Source of the DNA: Ostreococcus lucimarinus
Taxonomy: Eukaryota
NCBI GenBank assembly: GCA_000092065.1
Contig: CP000583.1
Length of the DNA: 64,000 nt
Direction: 5' to 3' (one strand)
Shown: piece after piece, positions 1 to 8,727 of the stretch
Position numbering within the stretch: the first letter of the stretch is position 1
How the letters are laid out: every line of letters starts with the position of its first letter
Translations under genes and position numbers: made by a program
Notes under the pieces: model-generated
The model's database searches: none
The model's input: only the letters and a program-made list of their open reading frames with translations
Told to the model about the DNA's origin: nothing

Positions 1-2106
1 GGCGATTTTCTTCAAAATTCTTCGCATGATCTTTCCGCTTCGAGTCTTCGGCAAATCTTTCACGATGACGACGCGTTCTGGCGCCGCGAAGGGGCCGATT
101 TCCATGCGAACGTTCGTGATGAGTTCTCGTTGATGGATTTCGAGCGACGACCGTTTCTCGATGCTTCGAGACGGATCTAAGATGACGTAAGCGACGATGG
201 ATTCGCCCTTGACTTCGTGCGCGATTGAAACCACGGCGGCTTCGATGCAACTCGAGTGCTGCACTAATGCAGACTCAACCTCGGCGGTCCCGATGCGATG
301 ACCACTGACGTTCATGACGTCGTCCAAGCGACCCGTGATGAAGAGGTATCCATCGGAATCGCGTCGCGCGCCATCGCCCGAGAAGTAGTAACCACCCTCG
401 TACACCTTGAAGTAAGAATTTTCGTACCGCTCGTGCGCGCCGTGAACGTCGAGAAACATCCCCGGCCATGGTTCTTTGATGCACAAGCATCCTTCGCCCT
501 CGCCTTGAATTTCAGTTCCATCTTTCGGATCAAGCAGCACGGGAACGATTCCAAAAAACGGAAAAGTCGCGCTCGAAGCCTTCAAGGGTGTCGCACCGGG
601 TAACGGTGTGATGATATGACCGCCCGTTTCTGTCTGCCACCACGTGTCACAAATCGGGAGTTTATCGTCGCCGACGACGCTGTGGTACCACAGCCACGTC
701 TCGCTCGAAATCGGCTCGCCGACAGTTCCAAGGATTCGCAAAGAAGCGCGCGAACTTCGCTTGACAGGATCCTCACCGTAACCTTGCAACGTGCGCAACG
801 CCGTCGGCGAAGTGTAGAAGACAGTAACGTCGTATTTGTCCACAGTTTGCCACCACACACCTGCATCTGGATACGTAGGCACGCCTTCGAAGAGCACAGT
901 CGCGCATCCATTCAACAGCGGTCCGTACAAGCCGTATGAATGCCCCGTGATCCATCCTAGGTCGGCGGTGCAGAACAAAACGTCCTCTCCGGCATGTAGA
1001 TCGAAGACGAACTTGCTGGTGGCGTACACGTACGTCTGATAACCGCCGACGCTGTGTACGACGCCTTTGGGTTTACCAGTCGAACCAGACGTGTAGAGAA
1101 TGAACGCCGTGTCGCAACTGTCCAGAAATTCAATAGGTGCTGGCTTTCCATCCGTCCTAAACTCGGCGACACTCTCGTTCCACCACAAATCCCGATCCGA
1201 ATGAAAAGGTACGTCTTCGACGTGCGGAACGCCTTCGATCTCAATGTCAGCGTTATGCTTCACGACAACTTTGTTTACGCAAAACCCATCGCTCTTGCAA
1301 ATCTCCATTGCTTCGTCCACGATTTTCTTCAGCGGAATGATCTTTTCGGCGCGACGGGACGCGCTCGCGGTGATGACCATTTTGGCTTTGCAATCGTGAA
1401 CGCGCTGCGCGAGAGATTTCGCGCTGTACCCGGCAAACACAACGCTGTGCACTGCGCCGATTCGCGAGCACGCGAGCATGGCGATCGGTAACGCTGGAAT
1501 CATCGGCAAGTACATGACCACGCGATCGCCCTTCTGCACGCCGTGCGCTATCAAAAATTTTGCGAAAGTCTCCACCTCGACGAGCAACTCACGGAACGTA
1601 AATTCCGTGCAATTAATCTCATCATTCGCTTCGAAAATCAAGGCTCGTTTGTCACCCATACCATTTTCAATTTGTTTTTCGAGGCAGTTGTACGCCATGT
1701 TCGTCCTCGCGCCCTCGAACCATTTCACGTGAACGGGCCCCCGAGACGGGTCAAAGTTGTGCGTCGACGCGCTCGAGTCCAAATTTTCAAAGTACAGTTC
1801 GCCCGCGATCTCGGTCCAGAACTGATCACGCTCGTGAATTGAGCGATGATACATGCTCCGGTACTGTTCGATCGTGCGCACGTGCGCGCGCGATGCGAGC
1901 TCGATCGGTGGAAAGAACACATCTGACGCCTCCTCCACTTCTCTGAGGCGGTGCGCGTTGTTCTGTATGTCAATGGAACTACTGCGCGAATTCGGCGAGC
2001 CTGGTGGATCCGATGTAGCGGTTATGGCGACTGATTTACGACGTGATCGAGAGTTTCGCTTCGGGGCGAAGTGCGTTGGCACGTGGCGCGAAGTTGCCGA
2101 GCGCAT
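1..2106 (-). CDS. ACS: Acetyl-CoA synthetase (AMP-forming), 3' end runs off the window; single exon within the window
   Basis: My own reverse-strand translation is continuous from 2106 to position 1. It contains the hallmark ACS motifs YTSGSTGKPKGV, PMIPALPIAMLACSRIGAVHSV and DTWWQTETGG, and a C-terminal KTRSGKIMRRILKKIA. The N-terminus aligns with bacterial and eukaryotic ACS (RAHVRTIEQYRSMYHRSIHERDQFW) after a roughly 55-aa extension. The ORF is not in the track because it has no stop inside the window. Confidence 0.88.
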   Translation of the reverse strand, partial: MRSATSRHVPTHFAPKRNSRSRRKSVAITATSDPPGSPNSRSSSIDIQNNAHRLREVEEASDVFFPPIELASRAHVRTIEQYRSMYHRSIHERDQFWTEIAGELYFENLDSSASTHNFDPSRGPVHVKWFEGARTNMAYNCLEKQIENGMGDKRALIFEANDEINCTEFTFRELLVEVETFAKFLIAHGVQKGDRVVMYLPMIPALPIAMLACSRIGAVHSVVFAGYSAKSLAQRVHDCKAKMVITASASRRAEKIIPLKKIVDEAMEICKSDGFCVNKVVVKHNADIEIEGVPHVEDVPFHSDRDLWWNESVAEFRTDGKPAPIEFLDSCDTAFILYTSGSTGKPKGVVHSVGGYQTYVYATSKFVFDLHAGEDVLFCTADLGWITGHSYGLYGPLLNGCATVLFEGVPTYPDAGVWWQTVDKYDVTVFYTSPTALRTLQGYGEDPVKRSSRASLRILGTVGEPISSETWLWYHSVVGDDKLPICDTWWQTETGGHIITPLPGATPLKASSATFPFFGIVPVLLDPKDGTEIQGEGEGCLCIKEPWPGMFLDVHGAHERYENSYFKVYEGGYYFSGDGARRDSDGYLFITGRLDDVMNVSGHRIGTAEVESALVQHSSCIEAAVVSIAHEVKGESIVAYVILDPSRSIEKRSSLEIHQRELITNVRMEIGPFAAPERVVIVKDLPKTRSGKIMRRILKKIA

Positions 2107-2163
2107 GCCGAGTTGTGACGTGCTTCGTCTCGGGATCGCAAACGCAATCGACAGGACGGCGTG

Positions 2164-4023
2164 TCATTGAAACAATGTCGACAAGTTTGTGACGTCGACG
2201 CGCATGTTCGGAGCTGGCTGCGCGGACGGAGAGCTGTTCGCATCGTCGGGTTTACGCTTCGCGTCGTCGGTCGACTCGTCTTGTTTCGGCTTTGCATCCT
2301 CCTTTGACTCGGCGACGATCGGCGCTACGATCGGCACGTAGCTGCTCGCGCTTTTCACGATTGACGAAAGCCATTCTTGATCTGGTTGCTTCATCGATGA
2401 CGATGACGATGACATAGATGACATAGACGATGATGGTCTTCGCTTTGAAGCGGGCGGTTTTCGGATCGGTTTCTTCGGCGGCGTTTTCGGCGTGTCAATC
2501 TCGCTCGCCACTTCTTCATTCAGAGCAACTTGCGCGAGGGACATGTCGTGGATGACAGACTGCGGTACGCCAGTGTAATTTTCCAACGTAGGCGGAGCCG
2601 CGAGCATGGTTTTCAAGTTTTCAAGCTCTTCGATACCAGTCTGCAAATCAGGACGAGTCAACCAGAAGAATTTTTCTTGACGTGCGACGCCCACACCGAG
2701 TACAAGAGCAAAAGCCCGCTGCGAACGGTCGTTCGGTAATGGATACTTGATCACGGGCATTCCTAACGCGCGCGCGTTTTCTATTGCATCAGTATCACCA
2801 GATCGCGTCGCGCGACAGAACACTTCAGCTCGGTGTCTCGTGATACGTTGCACGATCTGTTCTGATCGTGGACGCTGACGCGAGTACATGAGTACCAAGT
2901 CATCATTCGCTGGCGTAAGCCAAAACTCGAGTGCACTTTGCGTGAAACGCGTAGATACATCGTGTTTAAGTGTACACGGTCCCGATAATCGTCCCGACCT
3001 TCCGTAGCATGGTAAAAGAATTCCGCATCGTACAGCGGCGATGGGCTCGTCGAGCGCTTTGGCGACGCTCTGAATATCGTCAATTGTCAGAACGATTTCC
3101 CGACTCGTCGTGACCATTTTATACTTCGTACTAGTATTGCTCGTCTCGTCATTTCGCTTCTGTAAGTGCTTCACCTTGATGCTCATTCCGATACTCGTCA
3201 TGCTCGAAGCCTCGACGCGCTTGAGTTCGGCTTCGGACGCCCCGGCAAATTCTGCGTGCTGATCACGACATCCCGCGAAGTGCGCGATTATCGGGACGTT
3301 TTCTGCCGTGGAAGTAGACGCTAAAGATTCGTCGTCCATGTCACTGTCGTCGATACGAAGCATTCCAATGTCGATCAAGTCATCAGGAATCGAAAAGTTG
3401 GCATTCAGCCCGACGCTTACGCCGCACTCGTAACAGCATCCAAGAGAAGGGGTCAAGCATTCTCCGCTATCGACTGGACAACATCGACAGAGCGTACGAA
3501 TCACACTCGCCTCGGCCGCGCTCGCGTTCGCGCTAAAGCTCCGAATGAAGTGAATCTTGACTTTGTTCTTGTGCGCCGTTTCTAGAATCGCCGCAGCTTC
3601 GTCGTGGGTCATCTCCAACGCCTCGTCCGCCAAAACGACACAGTGCTTGTTGTCCTTATCGCCTCGATAACTCTTCAAAGCTAAGATGGCGTACCTCAAC
3701 GCCGATCCAACGAATCCCGCGTTGTGCGAACCTGGCTCTCTCAATTTTCGCACGTCGCGCTCCAACGCCGACCACCACGCGTCGTTAAACTCCGTCGTCA
3801 TCGAACGCACCGCGCATCCTCTCGACTTCCCGCGGCCTACGCTCCCATCTATGATTATCGCACCGCACGCGCGCGCGCGCTCACCGCGGCAAATCGCCTT
3901 CGCCGTCGAAACGAAACGATCCTCCGCGGCGTTTGTCTCTACATCTTCCACCGCCTCTCCCGCAGCCGTGCGCGCGAACACGAACGCCACCGCGGGTTCG
4001 CGCGCGACGTCCTCGACGAACAT
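2164..4023 (-). CDS. Hypothetical 619-aa protein with a Walker-A-like motif (DGSVGRGKS), a following VVLADEA, a Cys cluster (CRCCPVDSGECLTPSLGCCYECG) and a Ser/Lys-rich basic C-terminal tail; family not recognised
   Basis: Long minus-strand ORF between the ACS start and the PPR gene. The motifs were read from the translation. The first 50 to 70 codons overlap the GC-rich PPR promoter region and may not be coding, so the true start may be an internal Met, and hidden introns are possible. Confidence 0.35.
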   Translation of the reverse strand: MFVEDVAREPAVAFVFARTAAGEAVEDVETNAAEDRFVSTAKAICRGERARACGAIIIDGSVGRGKSRGCAVRSMTTEFNDAWWSALERDVRKLREPGSHNAGFVGSALRYAILALKSYRGDKDNKHCVVLADEALEMTHDEAAAILETAHKNKVKIHFIRSFSANASAAEASVIRTLCRCCPVDSGECLTPSLGCCYECGVSVGLNANFSIPDDLIDIGMLRIDDSDMDDESLASTSTAENVPIIAHFAGCRDQHAEFAGASEAELKRVEASSMTSIGMSIKVKHLQKRNDETSNTSTKYKMVTTSREIVLTIDDIQSVAKALDEPIAAVRCGILLPCYGRSGRLSGPCTLKHDVSTRFTQSALEFWLTPANDDLVLMYSRQRPRSEQIVQRITRHRAEVFCRATRSGDTDAIENARALGMPVIKYPLPNDRSQRAFALVLGVGVARQEKFFWLTRPDLQTGIEELENLKTMLAAPPTLENYTGVPQSVIHDMSLAQVALNEEVASEIDTPKTPPKKPIRKPPASKRRPSSSMSSMSSSSSSMKQPDQEWLSSIVKSASSYVPIVAPIVAESKEDAKPKQDESTDDAKRKPDDANSSPSAQPAPNMRVDVTNLSTLFQ

Positions 4024-4164
4024 ATTTTTCTATACCGATACGCTCGCCGACGCGCGACGTCGCTCGAGCGACACCGCTGGGGCGTCGCGCTCTGCATTTC
4101 GTGCGAGCGTTTTTTTTCGCCTCGTGACCTGAACCTTCAACCTTCAGTGCGCGACTCTCGCGCG

Positions 4165-6499
4165 ATGTTTCGCGCGGTCGCGCGCGCCTGCGCCCGGGCG
4201 CGATCGCGCGCGGACGCGCAAACGTGCGGTCGAACGCGCGCGCGCGACGAGTCGGCGGTGTGGACGTCGGTGCGCGCGACGACGCCGAGGTGTTGGCTCG
4301 GGACAAAGGTTGAACTCGCCGAAGACGACGGGACGAGCGCGAGCGCGAGAGAGGACAGCGCGAGAGAGCAGACGCTGCGCCGACGGCACGTGGCGAGCAT
4401 GCGACGCGCGCTTCGCGCGAATGATTTTGAGGGCGTGCGGAGAGAGTTTGAGGCGCTCGCGGCGTCGACGACGAAACCGGGACGCGCGGCGTGGAACGTA
4501 AACGTGCTCGCGGCGGCGCGAGCGCGAGAGCCCGAGGCGGCGCTGTCGATCGTCGAGTCAATGCTCGCGGATAATATCGGACCGGATGTGAGCACGCACA
4601 CGGCGGTGATGCAGGCTTACGTGCGCGCGGGACGATACGGGGACGCGTTTAACTGGTTGAAGATGCACCTGTACGGCGTACCGAAGGACGTTGAACAAGG
4701 CTTTGATGGCGAAGATAACGTAGAAATGGACACGAGGTATGATCTATCACATGTGATTGGGGACATGATCGATGGCGATGAGGAACACGTGTCGAAGACG
4801 CGCGTGAATAGCATGATGTTTACAACCGTGATGAACGGCGCGGCAAAGGCGGGCGACCGAGCAACGGTGCAAGAAATCGAGACGATGATGTTTGAGTTCG
4901 ATGTGGCACCTTTAGCAGATACGTTACACTGTTTGCTCAAGCTCGAGCGCGTCGCGGGGACGAGTGCATCGGTGGAATCTGTGTGGGATCGTTCCAAGCT
5001 CAAAGCGCGCGCGTTGAAAGCACATCAAGAACGCGTCGTCGCTCACGCGTTTCTGGGTCGCCAAAGAACGCAGCGCGCCGCCGAATCGCGTGCGCTCGCA
5101 GTGAAAGCATTAGAAGATCTGTACGATCGCGTGGGTCGGAAGCGCTCGGACGAAGACTTTGCGAAGCTGGAGAAGAACAATCATTCAGGGTCGAGATATG
5201 CTCGCTGGACCGGCGAACGTGGTTTAGAAGAGTACCGAAACAACTTGGTGAGCGACGACGATATCAAGAAAGTCGGAACGAAGGAAGTTTTAATAGCCAC
5301 GAACGCCGTGATGCTCGCGCATGCTGCGGTCGGTGACACGGACACAGTCAATACATGGTTTGTTCGAATGGAAGAGGATTTGGGCATCAACGCAGACGTG
5401 CGAACGTTCAACGCAGTACTACGCGCCGAATACATGCGAGATAAGATAAAGCTCGGTGTCGTGGATCATGAGCAAGCAATGATGCGATTTCAAGAAGTGA
5501 TGCTTGCGATGGAAGATCGAGAAGTCGAGCCGACGACGTACACGTTTTCGACACTTCTCTTGGCGCACGCAGAACAAAGCCACTTACCCGGTGTCGCAGA
5601 GGTTTTGAAGCTCATGCAAGAGCGAGGACTCGCGCTTGATACTACGATGTACAATATTTTATTGGGTGCTTGCGCGCGAGCGGGTGATTTAGACGCTGCG
5701 CTCAACGCGCGGGCAAGCATGGTCAAGTCTGGCATTGCCGCCGGCCCAGACACGTTCGTGCCGCTCTTCGCCGCGTGCACGAAACAGGCGGAGGAACTGG
5801 ACTTGGACGGTGATATGTTTGAATTAGATGAAGAAGTCGTTGGACCTCTGTTAGATCGCACACGAGCGACTTTAGATAGCGTGGAGTTGGATATGCTCTC
5901 AAGCAACGTCGAGCACAACACGCAGTCGTTCACGGCTTTGGTCAAAGCCAGAGGGGCTTTGGGTCAGCCAGACGCCGTGTTCGACATGATCAGCGAATTG
6001 CCAGAAAACATCGAACTCGACGAAGTCGCCATCGGCCTGAGTGTTTTGGCGGTTGCGAAGCGTGAACCAACCAAGGCTATTGCGCTCGCCGATTCCCTCA
6101 TGGACGAGTCGATGGTGCTGGATCCGTGGCTTCTCAACTGCATCATCACCGCTTACTCTCATCTCGGTCAAATCAAAGCAGCTACCGAGCGCGTGCAAGA
6201 CTTCATCAAGCGAGGCGGTGTGCCGACTGTCGCAACGTACAACGCGCTCTTCCGATGCGCCGCCCAGAGCGGCAGCTTTGCCGAATACGCCCCGCTCGTC
6301 ATGAACGAGATGTCATCGCGCGATCTCAAACCGGACAAGTACACTCGCAAATTTATCGCTGCTGTCACCGCCGGTTCATCCGTCCTCGATCGCGAGACGG
6401 CGGAAGCGCTTCTCAAAAAGTGTCCCGGCGGCGACAAGTTCTTCGTCGCCGAAGACGCCGCCGGACAGGACGACTTCGATTTCCTCGCCGACGCCGGCT

Positions 6500-6530
<31 letters not shown>

Positions 6531-6543
6531 TCTATTATTGTAA
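4165..6543 (+). CDS. Pentatricopeptide-repeat (PPR) protein with an Arg-rich, presequence-like N-terminus and a poly-Asp C-terminus
   Basis: Repeated 35-aa helical PPR-like units (HTAVMQAYVRAGRYGDAFNWL, TVMNGAAKAGDRATVQEIETMM, TYNALFRCAAQSGSFAEYAPLVMNEM, LKPDKYT). The track ORF 3724..6543 is an in-frame 5' extension through GC-rich leader; I placed the start at ATG 4165 (MFRAVARACARA). The C-terminus [12 protein letters not shown] is encoded by a (GAC)n run at 6511..6537. Confidence 0.7.
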
Positions 6544-6695
6544 TCTCCTTCTGCACACATCCCACGCAGTTCGCGCGTCCACCGCTCTTCGCTCTTCGCT
6601 CATCGCTCAAAGCGTCTCGACTCGCGCCGAGCGCGAGCGCGCGCCAACGAAAAACCCGAACCGCTTTTTCCCCACTCGCGCGCGCTGCCCTCGCG

Positions 6696-8597
6696 ATGCC
6701 CTCGACCGCGTCCGACGCGCGCGAGCGCCGCGCGCGCGCGAGCGCGATGTCCAGCGCATCGTCTCCGAAGCGCCGAAGCACGCTCACGCTGCCGAGGCGC
6801 GACGCCGTGACGCGAAACACGAACAAGCTGCAATTGCCCGGTTGGGTCTCCATGCCGAACTCTGCGCTCGCGTCCTGCCTCGCGGTGCTCGCGACGAACC
6901 CGATGGACCGCGCGAAAACGATCATGCAACTCCCGGGCGTCGGCGCGTCGTGGGGCAAGAACATGCGGGAGGTGACGATGAATATGGTGAAGAAGGAAGG
7001 CGCGCTGCGCGGGCTGTACAGAGGTTTACCCGTGGCGATGGTGCGAGAGTCGTCGAAGAATGTGTTTCGAATTGGGCTGTTCTTACCGGTGCTGAAGGTG
7101 ATACACACGGATGATGATAACCCAGCACCGGCGTGGAAACGGTTCATGGCGGGATGTCTGAGCGGGGGGATCGGGGCGGTGTCGAGTAATCCGTTTGATT
7201 TGATCAAGACGCGGATGCAAGTGCCGGCGGCGATGTGCGAATACGAAAATGGAATGGTGGCGTTGAAGAAGATTTGCGCCAAGGAGGGGTGGAAGACGTT
7301 ATATAAAGGTGTGGGCGCGAGTGTTATGAGGGACATGCTCGGCTCGAGCGTGAATTTGACCGTGCAGTCCATCGCAAGCGAGGCGCTCGTGAGGAATATG
7401 ATTTTATCGCCGGGTTCGCCCGTGCTCGGCGCGCTGAGCGGCGTTTTAAGCGCGGCGGCGTCGGTGGCGGTGATGCAGCCGATCGACACGTCGCGAGCGT
7501 ACGTGTATCTCAAGCCGCACATACACAAAGATACTATTAGAGCATTTAGGTACATAGTTTTGAGGGAAGGGCCGTTGGCGTTGTACAAAGGCTCGCGCGC
7601 ACACTTTTTCCGCACCGCGCCGCACTATGCGGCAATGTTTGCGCTACTGGAGATGATCACCGGCGGTGAACGGAAGGTTTTACTGTCAAGGAACAAGAAT
7701 GTACTGGAGAACGTGCATATGTTCGACGCTCTGTCCAAGGACAAAAGAATCCGACTGGCGAGCATGGTCCAAATGAAACACTTTAAAGCGGGTGAGCAAA
7801 TCATCGGCGCCGGCGACGAAACGCCTGGGGAGATGTACATCATGACTCGTGGATGCGTCAAGATTGACCAAGCGAATAAAAAGGGGAAGAAGGGGAAGAA
7901 TACGGAAGATCAAGGGAGCGACGTCATCCATAGTGGCGGTTACTTTGGCGAATCCTACATGTTCTCCTCTGAGGCGAGCAATGAGACGGTCACGGCCGTC
8001 AACGACGTGACGTTGATGGCTGTGCCACGAGAAGCCTACGAAACGTGTCGCAAGGGCGAATTTGCTTCTGCTACTCTCTTCGACGAAGGGTTCGATGACC
8101 CTTCGAAGGAAATCGGTATGGCTTGGCGTCGGCTTCGCTACGAACGCACGTTGGCAAAGATCCCTGTTTTCGCCGACCTCGGCTCCTACGAGCGTGCCAT
8201 GGTAGTTAAACAAGCCAAACGGTTCAGTTTTAAGCCCGGTGAGAAAATCATACGCCAAGGTGAAGTTGCGGACAAGTTTTACGTCATCCTTAAGGGTTCA
8301 GCCGTTTCCACTAAATCCGACGGCGACGTCGACCACGTCGCCCCGGGATCAAAAATCCCTCCCGACCGCATCATGCGCAACTTTAGCCAGGGTCAATACT
8401 TTGGCGAGCTCGCGCTGCTTACTGGCCAGCCTCGCTTAGCAACCATCGTGGCGAACGACTCCTTGGAAGTTCTCGCCATCGATCGCGACGTCTTGAAATC
8501 GTTGCGCGAAACATTGCCGACGCTTGAAGACGAGATCATTCGCAATCTTCGCAGATTCGACCACATGGATTCATTTACCACAATGTCTATAGCGTAG
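6696..8597 (+). CDS. Mitochondrial carrier family (SLC25-like) domain fused in one ORF to two C-terminal cyclic-nucleotide-binding (cNMP) domains
   Basis: Carrier signatures PMDRAKTIMQ, PFDLIKTRMQ and PIDTSRAYVY lie in three roughly 100-aa repeats (about 6780..7690). Two cNMP-binding domains follow, about 7700..8100 (FDALSKD..GEMYIMTRGCV..GGYFGESY) and about 8130..8570 (FYVILKGSAV..GQYFGELALLTGQPRLATIVA). There is no in-frame stop and no GT..CTGAC..AG intron signature between the modules. Track ORF 6126..8597 is a 5'-extended version; start taken at ATG 6696, with 6747 as an alternative. Confidence 0.8.
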   Translation: MPSTASDARERRARASAMSSASSPKRRSTLTLPRRDAVTRNTNKLQLPGWVSMPNSALASCLAVLATNPMDRAKTIMQLPGVGASWGKNMREVTMNMVKKEGALRGLYRGLPVAMVRESSKNVFRIGLFLPVLKVIHTDDDNPAPAWKRFMAGCLSGGIGAVSSNPFDLIKTRMQVPAAMCEYENGMVALKKICAKEGWKTLYKGVGASVMRDMLGSSVNLTVQSIASEALVRNMILSPGSPVLGALSGVLSAAASVAVMQPIDTSRAYVYLKPHIHKDTIRAFRYIVLREGPLALYKGSRAHFFRTAPHYAAMFALLEMITGGERKVLLSRNKNVLENVHMFDALSKDKRIRLASMVQMKHFKAGEQIIGAGDETPGEMYIMTRGCVKIDQANKKGKKGKNTEDQGSDVIHSGGYFGESYMFSSEASNETVTAVNDVTLMAVPREAYETCRKGEFASATLFDEGFDDPSKEIGMAWRRLRYERTLAKIPVFADLGSYERAMVVKQAKRFSFKPGEKIIRQGEVADKFYVILKGSAVSTKSDGDVDHVAPGSKIPPDRIMRNFSQGQYFGELALLTGQPRLATIVANDSLEVLAIDRDVLKSLRETLPTLEDEIIRNLRRFDHMDSFTTMSIA

Positions 8598-8727
8598 TTA
8601 CTCTTGTTATTTTAGCTTTTCATTCACGCGACGCCCGTCATCACCGGCCAAAATCGCGTCTTCGTCGCCGCTGGCGCGAACCCTCCGCCGCCGCTGGGAG
8701 CGCCGCACTCGTCGTCGCGCGTGCGCC

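Noticed and set aside
2164-4023. Assignment of the GRGKS ORF to NAT10/TmcA, Clp1/Grc3, septin/AIG1 GTPases, SMC or NACHT.
   Set aside because: Only the short P-loop resembles them. Flanking residues, downstream signature motifs (G3/G4 boxes, GNAT motif, Clp1 box) and overall length and order do not fit on inspection.
3724-4164. 5' extensions of the track ORFs (3724.. for PPR, 6126.. for the carrier, 44816.. for ValRS, 41392.. for CCA, 57328.. for PRMT, 50933.. for RPT2, 16169..17893 for BRX1, 39697..42111 for ALT, 31060..32955 for ORC5).
   Set aside because: The track evidently uses GTG/TTG as starts (several listed start codons are gtg/ttg in the sequence). The extensions are R-rich, lack homology, and in several cases are antisense to a neighbouring conserved gene. 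I re-anchored each start on the first ATG where homology begins.
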